Below, piece after piece: positions 1 through 8,474 of a stretch of DNA of 64,000 nt (positions within the stretch are counted from its first letter, which is position 1; each line of letters opens with the position of its first letter). This stretch comes from Chthoniobacteraceae bacterium (GTDB lineage: Bacteria > Verrucomicrobiota > Verrucomicrobiia > Chthoniobacterales > Chthoniobacteraceae): positions 1,850 through 65,849 of the forward strand of contig JANPIS010000413.1 in the NCBI GenBank assembly GCA_031425095.1, given 5' to 3'. The translations under genes were made by a program, and so were the position numbers. The notes under the pieces were generated by a model, which was not told where the DNA came from, ran no database searches, and worked only from the letters and a program-made list of their open reading frames with translations.

Positions 1-253
1 GTGACGTCTCCAGTTCATTTTTGAAGGCGCGCATATCGAATTGCGCTGTCCCGTCATCGAGCACGCGCAGGATCGTCACCTCATCGCGGAAGGTGACGCC
101 ACCCATCCGCCACGCGCCTTCGCTCTTCTGCGGCAGATGAGTGTAACCGCCGAAGGCCTCCGCCAGTCGCGCCTTGCCGCGCTCGATCTCCGCGGGGTCG
201 GTGGGTGTGCCGTCGTTGTGCTTCGTCGGCAGATAGATCTCGTATTCCTTCAT
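1..253 (-). CDS. hypothetical protein, partial (C-terminus lies beyond window start)
   Basis: Not in the ORF track because it runs off the window. The reverse complement of 1-253 reads MKEYEIYLPTKHNDGTPTDPAEIERGKARLAEAFGGYTHLPQKSEGAWRMGGVTFRDEVTILRVLDDGTAQFDMRAFKNELETS without stops. Composition is not low-complexity. No family recognised. Confidence 0.45.
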   Translation of the reverse strand, partial: MKEYEIYLPTKHNDGTPTDPAEIERGKARLAEAFGGYTHLPQKSEGAWRMGGVTFRDEVTILRVLDDGTAQFDMRAFKNELETS

Positions 254-573
254 CGCCACCGCCTCCGATTCGGGCAAGCCCCGACGAGCGGGAGGATGAG
301 AAATGGAGTTTTCATGACGCTTCCTTTTCGCCATGCGACGGCCTTCCGGTTGTAAGTCAGCTCGGGAGTTTATTTCATTGCGGTGGTGTTAGTCTTCCGC
401 GTCGCCGGGCCGGGCAAGGGTGAGTCCGACATCAGGCGTTGTTCGGAGTGAAGGGTCGGGGCGATCCCCGGTTGCTGGTGGAGCGCTGGGAGCGTTCGCC
501 GGGCCGCCGGAAAATTCCGAGATAGTTCCACATCGGGAAGACCGGAAGCCCGGGAAGCAGCGATCCTTTTGAT

Positions 574-1716
574 ATGAAAACCGCTTCTCCTCTCTTCCTC
601 GCGGCAGCCACCGCGCTCTTCCTTCCCACTGCTGTCATGGCCCAGCAACAACCCCCGCCCGCCGCCGCGACGAGCAATCCCGCGCACGCCGGCGACGGCG
701 TGCAGATCGGCGTAGCCCGGCAGGACGGCGTGACCGTTTCGGCAGACGGCGCCGTCGTAACCCGCAACGGTGCGACGGAGAAGCTGACCAAAGACTTGAT
801 CCTGCCCTCCGGCGTGACGGTGCGGCCGGACGGCACAGTCATCATGGCCGACAAATCGGAAGTGCCGCTGCGGACGACGCAGATTCTGACCTTTGAGGGC
901 AAGATCGTGCCGCTCCCGGTTGATCCGCGAGTGAATCCTGGCGATCCCCGCAGCAATGGCACGGGCGCGATGCCCAGCGGAGCCACGAGCCAGAGCGGCG
1001 CGACGCCGGGTGCCAATGCCGCGATCCCAGCCGGCACGAGCCGCAACCTGCCGCGGAGCTCTCCGGCGGCGACGGGCAGCGTCTTCCTCGGCAGCGATGG
1101 CGTGCCCTTCATGGGGACGCTCAATCCCGATGGCACCCTCCTGCGCTCGGATGGAACGGTGATGCGTGCGGATGGCTCCTTCCGCGCCGTGAGCTTCGCA
1201 CCGGATGGCACGCCGACCCTCGGGACGGTGAATAACAATGGAACGATCACCCGCGCCGATGGTGCCACGGTTGCCCCGGACGGATCGGTGGTCGGTGCCA
1301 ATGGGCGAATGCTTTCCCCGGCTGCGCAGAATAATCCAGGCAACTCTATTCGCGGAGTTCCGCAGCAAAACGCCAATCCCCCCGCGCAGACGACTCCTGG
1401 AGCCACGACCGGACGAAACACCAATTCACCGAACAACCCTGGAACCGTAAATCAAGGCAACGCCGCCGGGGGACAATCTGCGAATAACACGGGGACGGTG
1501 AACAATCCGGCGATCAATCCACAAGCCGCGCCGGGCAATCGGCCCGGCACCGGAGGAACCAACCAGCCGGGCGCGCGCAGTGGGACCGGGAGCGGAACCA
1601 ATAATGCGAGCGGAGGGACGAACACGGGGGGCACCGGAGGGACCGGTGGCGCCGCCGGAGGTGGGGCGAGCGGTGCTGGTGGAGCCTCGGGCGCTGCTGG
1701 GGGAAACCCTCGCTAA
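574..1716 (+). CDS. secreted repeat protein (DUF6799-like periodic DGTV/NGT motifs, Gly/Asn/Thr-rich tail)
   Basis: N-terminal signal peptide (MKTASPLFLAAATALFLPTAVMAQQ). Repeated ..DG(T/A)V..(R/A)(A/P)DG.. units. Paralogue at 10907-11572. The overlapping minus-strand ORFs look like GC-frame artefacts. Confidence 0.7.
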   Translation: MKTASPLFLAAATALFLPTAVMAQQQPPPAAATSNPAHAGDGVQIGVARQDGVTVSADGAVVTRNGATEKLTKDLILPSGVTVRPDGTVIMADKSEVPLRTTQILTFEGKIVPLPVDPRVNPGDPRSNGTGAMPSGATSQSGATPGANAAIPAGTSRNLPRSSPAATGSVFLGSDGVPFMGTLNPDGTLLRSDGTVMRADGSFRAVSFAPDGTPTLGTVNNNGTITRADGATVAPDGSVVGANGRMLSPAAQNNPGNSIRGVPQQNANPPAQTTPGATTGRNTNSPNNPGTVNQGNAAGGQSANNTGTVNNPAINPQAAPGNRPGTGGTNQPGARSGTGSGTNNASGGTNTGGTGGTGGAAGGGASGAGGASGAAGGNPR

Positions 1717-1749
1717 GACTCCTGTCGGTACTTTGAGAATTCGATTCCT

Positions 1750-2064
1750 ATGAAAACTCTCTCTCTCCTCGGCCTATTCGGCGCGGCGTTGCTTCTTTCG
1801 GGTTGTCTGGAAGCGACGCTCGTCGAGCAGCGCCCGGTCCACCGCCGTCCCGTGGTTTATCACGATGGGCGTCATAACGACGGACGGTACTACGATAGCC
1901 GTCGCACTTACTACCGCCAACCAGAGGGTCGGAGCGGATACTACCGGCATCGGGACGACGACCGCGACGTTCGCAACTATCACTACGTACACGATGACGA
2001 CGATGACGATATCCGGCGGAAGCAGAAAAGCCGCGTGGTCATCGTGCGTCCCGGATACTACTAA
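1750..2064 (+). CDS. small lipoprotein, Arg/Tyr/His/Asp-rich (contains a D7 run)
   Basis: Signal peptide with lipobox LLSGC. The unusual composition is not typical of a frame artefact. Confidence 0.55.
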   Translation: MKTLSLLGLFGAALLLSGCLEATLVEQRPVHRRPVVYHDGRHNDGRYYDSRRTYYRQPEGRSGYYRHRDDDRDVRNYHYVHDDDDDDIRRKQKSRVVIVRPGYY

Positions 2065-2071
2065 CCCATTT

Positions 2072-2815
2072 ATGTCACTCACTTATCAACCCTTTGCCGA
2101 CTGCAAACCCGTCGAAAAGCTCCGCCGGGATCTGAGCATGAATCTGACGGATCGGCAGCGCACTATATCCACGGTGCTGGGCGCGGCCCTCCTGGGCCTT
2201 GCTGCCACTAATCGCGGCGGGTTCCGGTGGCTGCCCGCGCTGCTCGGCGCCGCTCTCGTCCACCGAGGGTGGAGCGGCTGGTGTGCCCTCAGCGCCGCGC
2301 TGGATCGCGACACCCGGCACGAGGCCCGCGGGGTGCCCGGCAATCGTGGGATCAAGATCGAGGAGGCGGTGGAAATTCAGTGTCCCGCCGACACGCTCTA
2401 TCGCTTTTGGCGCAATCTCGGGCGGCTGCCGAGTGTCATGCGGCACGTCGAGTCGGTCGTCGAGACGGGCACCGGACGCTCGCATTGGAAAGTGCAGGGT
2501 CCGGGTGGCTACACGCTCGAGTGGGATGCGGAGATCATCAACGAGCGCGAGGGAGAATTGATCGCCTGGCAATCGCTGCCGGGCTCGGTCATCCGCAATG
2601 CTGGCTCGGTCTGGTTCGAGGCGAGCGAAGGAGGCTCCACCCGCGTGAAGGTGGCGCTCGAATACGAACCTCCGGCGGGTGTGCTCGGCGAGCGCGTGGC
2701 GGAGTTACTCGGCAGTTCGCCCCGCGAAGACCTCGCGGAAGACCTCGTCCGCTTCAAGCTCTTCGCCGAGCGGGAACTGCAAGGCGTCCAAGGCGAGACC
2801 CCCGCCAGTGTTTAG
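2072..2815 (+). CDS. SRPBCC (cyclase/dehydrase-like) protein with N-terminal DUF2892-like membrane segment
   Basis: Internal ATG at 2072 of ORF 1865-2815. The upstream part is low-complexity Thr-rich frame noise. The GWSGWCAL segment is DUF2892-like. The C-terminal 150 aa resemble polyketide cyclase/SRPBCC proteins (LYRFWRNLGRLPSVMRHVESV...WKV). Confidence 0.75.
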   Translation: MSLTYQPFADCKPVEKLRRDLSMNLTDRQRTISTVLGAALLGLAATNRGGFRWLPALLGAALVHRGWSGWCALSAALDRDTRHEARGVPGNRGIKIEEAVEIQCPADTLYRFWRNLGRLPSVMRHVESVVETGTGRSHWKVQGPGGYTLEWDAEIINEREGELIAWQSLPGSVIRNAGSVWFEASEGGSTRVKVALEYEPPAGVLGERVAELLGSSPREDLAEDLVRFKLFAERELQGVQGETPASV

Positions 2816-2948
2816 CCGGGATTGGCAGGAGATAGGGAGGATTCATGCGAGGCTATAGCACCGAACTGCGGCTGCGGATTCTCTGCAGCGAGGCGATACA
2901 ACCGCTCAGGGAATGGGCCGCGAATCGACGGAAAACGAAAGGACTCCC

Positions 2949-3247
2949 ATGCGCATCTCTCGATCTCTCCATAGCGTCTTCGACTACGTCTTCAGCGTCG
3001 TGGTGGCGGCTTGACCTTGGTTGTTTGGCTTTGCCCACGAACACATGGCGCCCCAGATCGCGCTACGTGCGGCATCATCGCAGCGATGTATAGCGTGATG
3101 ACGGACTACGAAGGCGGTCTCCTGCACTTTATCCCGTTCAGCGGCCACCGCTTTTTCGATCTCGCGGTGGCGCTGATCCTCGGCGGATCGGCGTGGCACT
3201 TCAGCATGGGTGGGCGGCCCCGCGATGCGGGGACCGTAGCGCAGTGA
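2949..3247 (+). pseudogene. SPW-repeat-type small membrane protein, disrupted (in-frame TGA at 3012-3014 plus a frameshift near 3065-3075)
   Basis: ATG 2949 reads MRISRSLHSVFDYVFSVVVAA-TGA-PWLFGFAHEHMAPQIAL. It then continues in another frame as GIIAAMYSVMTDYEGGLLHFIPFSGHRFFDLAVALILGGSAWHFSMG. This gives two (S)PW/AW repeat halves, and the TGA sits where the Ser of the SPW motif is expected. Confidence 0.5.
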
Positions 3248-3251
3248 AGTC

Positions 3252-3851
3252 ATGCGGTCCAGCTTACTCGCGGTTGTCATACTTTTCGCCGGGCTCGCGA
3301 CTCTCCTCGCGGCGCGACCTGACGACGATCTCTACGAACCTCTCGCCGTGGGACTCCGCTGGGAATTTTCCGTCGAGATCACCTCGCCCTCGGGGGAAGT
3401 GCGAAACGGTTCAGCCGTGCGGGAGATCATCGGCACGCGCACCATCGGGGAACGGTCTTACTTTGTCAGCGTGACGCGCTACGGCGACCTGCCGGGATTC
3501 GCCCCGCTGGTGACTTATCTCCGCAAGGCGGCCGATGGCATCTATGCCCTCGACGATGCTGAAGGTGCCGAATACCGCGAGACCGCGCTCCCGCTGACCG
3601 TGGGCCAGCGCTGGACGGTCGGCACCGTCGGGCGGGGCCATTTTCACGTCGAGAAAGCGGAGAGCATCGTCGTGGCTGGGCAGAGCTACGAGAATTGCCT
3701 CAAGGTCGTCTTTCAATCCGAGAGGGGCACTTCGCGCGGCGCATACTATCTTGCGGCGGGGATCGGTATTGTGCTCGATACGGCGGAGCATCTGGGCACC
3801 CGCTTTCGTTTCGCACTGCTTTCTTTTCGCGGTCCGGGCGCTGGTCCCTGA
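3252..3851 (+). CDS. secreted hypothetical protein
   Basis: Signal peptide MRSSLLAVVILFAGLATLLAA. Globular-looking composition. No family recognised. Confidence 0.6.
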   Translation: MRSSLLAVVILFAGLATLLAARPDDDLYEPLAVGLRWEFSVEITSPSGEVRNGSAVREIIGTRTIGERSYFVSVTRYGDLPGFAPLVTYLRKAADGIYALDDAEGAEYRETALPLTVGQRWTVGTVGRGHFHVEKAESIVVAGQSYENCLKVVFQSERGTSRGAYYLAAGIGIVLDTAEHLGTRFRFALLSFRGPGAGP

Positions 3852-3947
3852 TGAACCATTCGGGGCGAAAAAACGCAGGCGGAGCCGCGCACGCGGCGTT
3901 TCACATCCGTTAGTTGGGAGTCAATTCACTCCTTACTCTCACCAGCC

Positions 3948-4859
3948 ATGTTGATCCGAGCCGGTTACGAACTTCTTTTCGATCTCCCCGCACCCACGCC
4001 CATGTCGCTTTTGCTACGGGTTCATCCCTCACGCGAGGCCGATCTCCGTTACCAGGAAATCGTGGTCGAGCCGGCGGTGCCCGTCGAGCCCTTCCTGGAT
4101 TACTTTGGCAATCGCGCGGAGCGGCTCGTGGCACCCGCGGGCCGGCTACGACTCTGGGCGGATGCCGTGGTGGAAGATGACGGGCTGCCCGATCCCGTCT
4201 TCCCGCACGCCAAGCAGGCCCCCGTCGAATCGCTCCCGCGCGAGGTCGTGCCTTTCCTCATGAGCAGCCGCTACTGCGAAGTGGATGCGCTCAATGACGT
4301 AGCGTGGCAGCTCTTCGGCCACACCTCACCCGGCTGGGCGCGGGTCCAGGCCATCTGCGACTGGGTGCATGAGCATGTGCGCTTTGGGTACGCCTTTGCC
4401 CGGCCGACGAAGTCTGCGCTGGAGACCTTCGTCGAGCGTAAGGGCGTCTGCCGGGACTTCACCCATCTCGCCGTCACCTTCTGCCGTTGCCTCAATGTCC
4501 CAGCCCGTTACGTAAGCGGTTATCTCGGCGACATCGGGGTGCCGCCGCTGCCGTGTCCCATGGACTTGTCAGCGTGGTTTGAAGTCTGGCTCGAAGGGGC
4601 GTGGCATACCTTCGACGCGCGGCACAATGCGCGCCGCATCGGACGCATCCTCATGAGCACCGGTCGGGATGCCACCGACACCGCCTACACGACGGCTTAC
4701 GGCCAGAATACCCTCGCCGGTTTCAAAATTTGGACCGACGAAATCCCCGCCGACCAAGCGCCGCATATCGCGACGGCAAAGCCTCTCATTGGGAATTCCG
4801 TAGCCACTCCGATGACCTTCTCACAACTACTGAGCATTCCAAAATGGGCTCATATATAA
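3948..4859 (+). CDS. transglutaminase family protein
   Basis: Bacterial transglutaminase-like N-terminal region plus a core containing the catalytic-Cys motif GVCRDFTHLAVTFCRCLNVPARYVSGY. Confidence 0.85.
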   Translation: MLIRAGYELLFDLPAPTPMSLLLRVHPSREADLRYQEIVVEPAVPVEPFLDYFGNRAERLVAPAGRLRLWADAVVEDDGLPDPVFPHAKQAPVESLPREVVPFLMSSRYCEVDALNDVAWQLFGHTSPGWARVQAICDWVHEHVRFGYAFARPTKSALETFVERKGVCRDFTHLAVTFCRCLNVPARYVSGYLGDIGVPPLPCPMDLSAWFEVWLEGAWHTFDARHNARRIGRILMSTGRDATDTAYTTAYGQNTLAGFKIWTDEIPADQAPHIATAKPLIGNSVATPMTFSQLLSIPKWAHI

Positions 4860-4935
4860 CAGCGAATAACGTGGCGAGGGGGGAGTAAGTTCGAAAAGAC
4901 TATGAAGCTATTTTGGAAGGCTCAGTAGATACACC

Positions 4936-5352
4936 CTACTTCTCTGGAGGCAACGCCCACTGAACGCAGGCTTCGATGAGTTGCGCACCGCGCGCTGGTT
5001 TGAGTAAGACGGGACGGCCTTTGAACGCCGCGCCGCTCTCCACGGCCCCCGTGAGAAAAACAATGGGCACGCTGCGAAGTTCAGGGTCGAGAGCCAGCTC
5101 GACGGAAATTTGCGGACCGTCTTTCCCCGGCAGGTGGCAATCGAGAAAGATCATGTGCGGCTGCACTGCGCGCGCCGTCTCAACCGCGCGCATGGCGTCG
5201 TTCTCCTCTCGCACGGTGAACTCTCCCGTCTGTTCCAGCACGCGCCGGCAGAGTGTCGTCATGCCGGGGTCGTCGTCGATGACGAGGATGCGGCGCTTGG
5301 GCTGGGGGGCTGCGCGGTCGGTATCGTTCATGACAACTTCAGAATCGTCCAT
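4936..5352 (-). CDS. single-domain response regulator (CheY-like receiver)
   Basis: RILVIDDDPGMTT...HMIFLDCHLPGKDG...PIVFLTG receiver motifs. Start chosen at an internal Met (5352; 5331 is also possible) because the 5457 extension is Arg-rich noise. Confidence 0.8.
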   Translation of the reverse strand: MDDSEVVMNDTDRAAPQPKRRILVIDDDPGMTTLCRRVLEQTGEFTVREENDAMRAVETARAVQPHMIFLDCHLPGKDGPQISVELALDPELRSVPIVFLTGAVESGAAFKGRPVLLKPARGAQLIEACVQWALPPEK

Positions 5353-5457
5353 GAGCCAGCGCACGGCCGTTTCGATTGTCCCGGCGGAAAGGTACGCGCA
5401 CCTCGGACGGCAGCGGCGTTTCCGGCGATGCCAATGCCGTCGTTCAATCATCCTCAT

Positions 5458-5619
5458 ATGAAATCGTTCCTCCTACTCCTCACACTCGCCGCCTTTGTCA
5501 TCGTCCAGGTCGGTTGTTCCGCCGGGGCATCCGTGCGCCACAACGATCATCGTCACGGCGTTGGCGTCACCGGCTCTTCGCAAGGCCCCGGCGTTTCGGG
5601 AGGCGTCCGCGCTTACTGA
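5458..5619 (+). CDS. His-rich mini-lipoprotein (53 aa)
   Basis: Internal ATG of ORF 5110-5619: MKSFLLLLTLAAFVIVQVGCSAGASVRHNDHRHGVGVTGSSQGPGVSGGVRAY. Signal peptide plus lipobox Cys. Clear paralogue at 62705-62863. Confidence 0.6.
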   Translation: MKSFLLLLTLAAFVIVQVGCSAGASVRHNDHRHGVGVTGSSQGPGVSGGVRAY

Positions 5620-5633
5620 CCTGCTTCTTTATG

Positions 5634-5708
5634 GCGGACAGGCCGAAGGTAACGAGGCGGCGGGTTGCAAGCCCGCTCTTACCTGGTGTGAGTCCAAGGT
5701 CCGCCTCC
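5634..5708 (+). promoter_or_regulatory. candidate structured cis-regulatory RNA / 3'UTR element between the mini-lipoprotein gene and the mgtC-family gene
   Basis: About 75 nt of non-coding sequence is conserved with 62885-62959. It contains the hairpin gcgggt-tgcaa-gcccgc (5660-5676) nested between gaggcgg (5654-5660) and ccgcctc (5701-5707). The second copy carries two compensatory base-pair changes in the hairpin. Confidence 0.4.
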
Positions 5709-5724
5709 CTCCCGTTCTGAAATC

Positions 5725-6204
5725 ATGGAAGAGTATCTGGTCACTCACTGGCGCCACGAAGGCCATGTGCTCGCCCAAGCGGTCGCAGCGTTGATCCTCG
5801 GCGGGGTGCTGGGCTGGGAACGGGAAGCGGCTGGCAAATGGGCGGGCTTCCGCACCCATATGTTTGTCTGTCTGGCGTCGATGCTCTTCGTTCGCCTGGG
5901 GCAATTGCTCATCACCGACTCAGCGGCGCACGTCACGCCGGTCGCGATTCGCGCCGATCCGGTTCACATCATCGCTGCCATCGCGACGGGGGTCTCGTTC
6001 CTCGGCGCAGGCACGATTTTTCGCGATCCCGAAAAGGAAACCGCGCGCGGCCTGACCACCGCCGCCTCGCTGCTCTCGACGGCCTCCATCGGCGTCGCGG
6101 TGGCGATCGATCGTTACATCATCGCCATCGGTGTCACCCTGCTCAGCCTTTTCGTGCTGCACACCTTGCGCAAGCTCGAAAGTTCCGCCAGGCCACGCGC
6201 TTAG
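5725..6204 (+). CDS. mgtC: MgtC/SapB family membrane protein
   Basis: LILGGVLGWEREAAGKWAGFRTHMFVCLASMLF... matches the typical MgtC N-terminal membrane domain. Length 159 aa. Confidence 0.85.
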   Translation: MEEYLVTHWRHEGHVLAQAVAALILGGVLGWEREAAGKWAGFRTHMFVCLASMLFVRLGQLLITDSAAHVTPVAIRADPVHIIAAIATGVSFLGAGTIFRDPEKETARGLTTAASLLSTASIGVAVAIDRYIIAIGVTLLSLFVLHTLRKLESSARPRA

Positions 6205-6245
6205 TCGTTACAGCCGCGCTCTTCGCCTCCCGCGATTCCGAGAGC

Positions 6246-6434
6246 ATGAACACACCCGAAAAATCCCGCTTCCCGGAACGCGAGCGCCCGACCACGAAAG
6301 CCACGATGGATGAACCGCAGGAAGAGTTCATCGCCGACGCAGCCAACACGAAAAAGGACGACGAACCGAACCCGGACGAGGCCAAGGCAGAACCCGAACG
6401 CCGTCCCAAACGCTCTCCTTCCGAGTTGCGGTGA
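6246..6434 (+). CDS. small acidic hypothetical protein
   Basis: Internal ATG of ORF 5838-6434 (MNTPEKSRFPERERPTTKATMDEPQEEF...). Weak: disordered composition and no recognised homology. Confidence 0.3.
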   Translation: MNTPEKSRFPERERPTTKATMDEPQEEFIADAANTKKDDEPNPDEAKAEPERRPKRSPSELR

Positions 6435-6443
6435 AGCGACGAA

Positions 6444-8474
6444 CTACGCTCCCGCCGTTTTCGCCCAGCAGCGGAGGGCTTCGGCGACGCTCCACGCTTG
6501 GGCGATGCAGCCGCGCGGAGTGTAAGGTTCCTCGGCATCGAAAATTTCATTGATCGAGCCAATGCAGGCGTGATCGAGGTGCGCGGTGAGACCTTCCAAC
6601 CAGAGGCGCGCGCCGGCGCGGTCGTCGGGATGCACCTTAAGCCAGGCGTCGATGAAGGGACCGATGAGCCAGGCCCAGACGGTGCCCTGATGATAGGCGG
6701 CGTCGCGGGCGCGGAGTTCTCCGAAGTATCGTGGCTTGTAATCGGGATGGCCAGGCGCGAGCGAGCGCAGGCCGAAAGGCGTGAGTAATTCTGTGCGCAC
6801 CTTATCCAGCACCGCAGACCAGTGCGCTTCGTCGAGTACCGGATGGTGGAGCGAGATGGCGAGCACTTGATTCGGGCGGCAGGCCGGATCGTCACCTTGC
6901 TCGCCATCGACCAGATCGAGGAGATAGCCGCGTGCGTCCGTCCAGAAGCGATGGTTGAAGGATTCGCGAGCGAGCGCGGCGTGCGCGGTGTAAGGCTGCG
7001 CGGCGTCGCTACCGAGCCAATCGGCGAGCAGACGCAGCGCATTGTACCAGAGCGCGTTGATCTCGACGGCCTTGCCGCGGCGCGGAGTGACGACCCAGCC
7101 ATCGACCTTTGCATCCATCCAGGTCAGTTGATAACCGTCCGCGCCCTGCCGCAGCAGACCGTCGACGGGATCGACGGCGATGCCAAAGCGCGTGCCGCGC
7201 AGATGATGGTCGATGATCTCGACGAGCTTCGGAAGCAGATGTTCCAGCGTGCGGCGGTCGCCCGTGGTTTCGACGTAACGATCCAGCGCGTGAAAGAACC
7301 AGAGGGTGGCGTCGGCGGTGTGATAGACGCCCTCCCGCTTCCCGTCGGGAAAGTAATTAGGGATCAATCCATCGCGGATGTAGTGGCCGAATGTGCGCAG
7401 AATCCAGCCGGCTTCCTGATGCCGGCCCGTGGTGAGGGTGAGACCTTCGAGACTGATCATGGTGTCACGGCCCCAATCGGTGAACCAATGATAGCCCGCG
7501 ATGATCGTGCGCACTTCATCCCCCGCCGCCCGCGCACGCACCGCGTCCTCGACGCGGCCCGCGGGCGTGATGATGAACTGATCCGCGGCGAGGACGAGTT
7601 CCGCCGCGGTGCCTTGCCGCACTTCAGGCACGGCGGCGGCGATGAGTCTCTGGCGACGCTCGAAGTCGGCCGCCTGCGCCGCCGCCGGATCGAGGGCAAG
7701 GATGGTGGGCCAATCCTCGGTCGAAGCAACGAAGGTCGCTGAACGATTGGGCCGCACTTCGATGTGAAATGCGCCCGGGCTCCAGAGCACCCCGCGCGAA
7801 GCATATCCGCGATCCGCTTCCATCTGATAGGCGATCTCGCTGAGTCGCCCGCCGTGATGGGTGAAGTGCGCGCGCTCGTCGTGAACGTAAATCCGCAGTG
7901 GGTAAGGCTGTTCGCTGGAGGAAACTTCGTAGCGGCGCTCCAGGATGCACAGCGAGTAACCTGATGGGGACGGCCCACCCACGTCATTTTCGTGCGGACG
8001 GAAATGCAGGGAAGGCCGCAATTCCAGCCGCGCGCAATCCTGCCCTGAGAGCAGACGGTAAGTCACATGCACGGTATTCTGCCCATGCACGAGGTGGACG
8101 GACTTCTCGATGGCGAAGCCTTCCGCGGCATAAGTCCAAACCGGTACTCCATACTCGAGGCGAAACTCCCGGATGTAGTGTTCCGCGAGCGAGTCTTCAT
8201 CGGGCCGCTGCGGCTCATCGCCGCCGATGAGCAGGCAGCGGCCATCCGGCAGGCGGAGATATTCGGCGAGGTGATTGAGCATCATCACCCGGCCATAGGG
8301 CGCGGGCAGCGCCGCCGTGAGCAGTCCGTGATAACGCCGTGAGACGAGCCCCGCGATCGTGCCCGAGGCGTAACCGCCGAGTCCATTGGTCAGCAGCCAT
8401 TCGCGGCGGAGAATCTCGCGCGCGTGGTCCGCGTGCGCCTGCGCGATGTCGATTCGGCGGGTGACGGTCGTCAT
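6444..8474 (-). CDS. glycogen debranching enzyme (amylo-alpha-1,6-glucosidase, archaeal-type GDE)
   Basis: N-terminal REWLLTNGLGGYASGTIAGLVSRRYHGLL plus a C-terminal GDE (alpha/alpha)6 barrel (ITPAGR...GYHWFTDWGRDTMISL). The ATG at 8474 overlaps the treZ stop (ATGA). Confidence 0.9.
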   Translation of the reverse strand: MTTVTRRIDIAQAHADHAREILRREWLLTNGLGGYASGTIAGLVSRRYHGLLTAALPAPYGRVMMLNHLAEYLRLPDGRCLLIGGDEPQRPDEDSLAEHYIREFRLEYGVPVWTYAAEGFAIEKSVHLVHGQNTVHVTYRLLSGQDCARLELRPSLHFRPHENDVGGPSPSGYSLCILERRYEVSSSEQPYPLRIYVHDERAHFTHHGGRLSEIAYQMEADRGYASRGVLWSPGAFHIEVRPNRSATFVASTEDWPTILALDPAAAQAADFERRQRLIAAAVPEVRQGTAAELVLAADQFIITPAGRVEDAVRARAAGDEVRTIIAGYHWFTDWGRDTMISLEGLTLTTGRHQEAGWILRTFGHYIRDGLIPNYFPDGKREGVYHTADATLWFFHALDRYVETTGDRRTLEHLLPKLVEIIDHHLRGTRFGIAVDPVDGLLRQGADGYQLTWMDAKVDGWVVTPRRGKAVEINALWYNALRLLADWLGSDAAQPYTAHAALARESFNHRFWTDARGYLLDLVDGEQGDDPACRPNQVLAISLHHPVLDEAHWSAVLDKVRTELLTPFGLRSLAPGHPDYKPRYFGELRARDAAYHQGTVWAWLIGPFIDAWLKVHPDDRAGARLWLEGLTAHLDHACIGSINEIFDAEEPYTPRGCIAQAWSVAEALRCWAKTAGA

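Noticed and set aside
370-1436. Long minus-strand ORFs (332 and 334 aa) antisense to the secreted repeat protein gene
   Set aside because: They are Arg/Gly/Ala/Pro-rich with no motifs. This is typical of open antisense frames in GC-rich DNA, and the plus-strand gene has a signal peptide and a paralogue.
3012-3014. In-frame TGA as a selenocysteine codon
   Set aside because: The position corresponds to a Ser in the SPW motif. A frameshift follows about 55 nt downstream. TGA is used as an ordinary stop throughout the window, and no SECIS-like hairpin is evident.
5634-5708. Assignment of the conserved RNA-like element to a known riboswitch (M-box, guanidine-III, Mn2+ or NiCo classes considered because of the mgtC context and the CCGGAC/ACGAGG strings)
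   Set aside because: Length and remembered consensus features do not fit, and the second copy precedes an unrelated gene. I cannot run Rfam here, so it stays unclassified.
6143-7114. 323-aa minus-strand ORF and several plus-strand ORFs overlapping the debranching-enzyme gene
   Set aside because: Ser/Arg/Ala-rich frame artefacts. The GDE frame carries diagnostic motifs along its full length.
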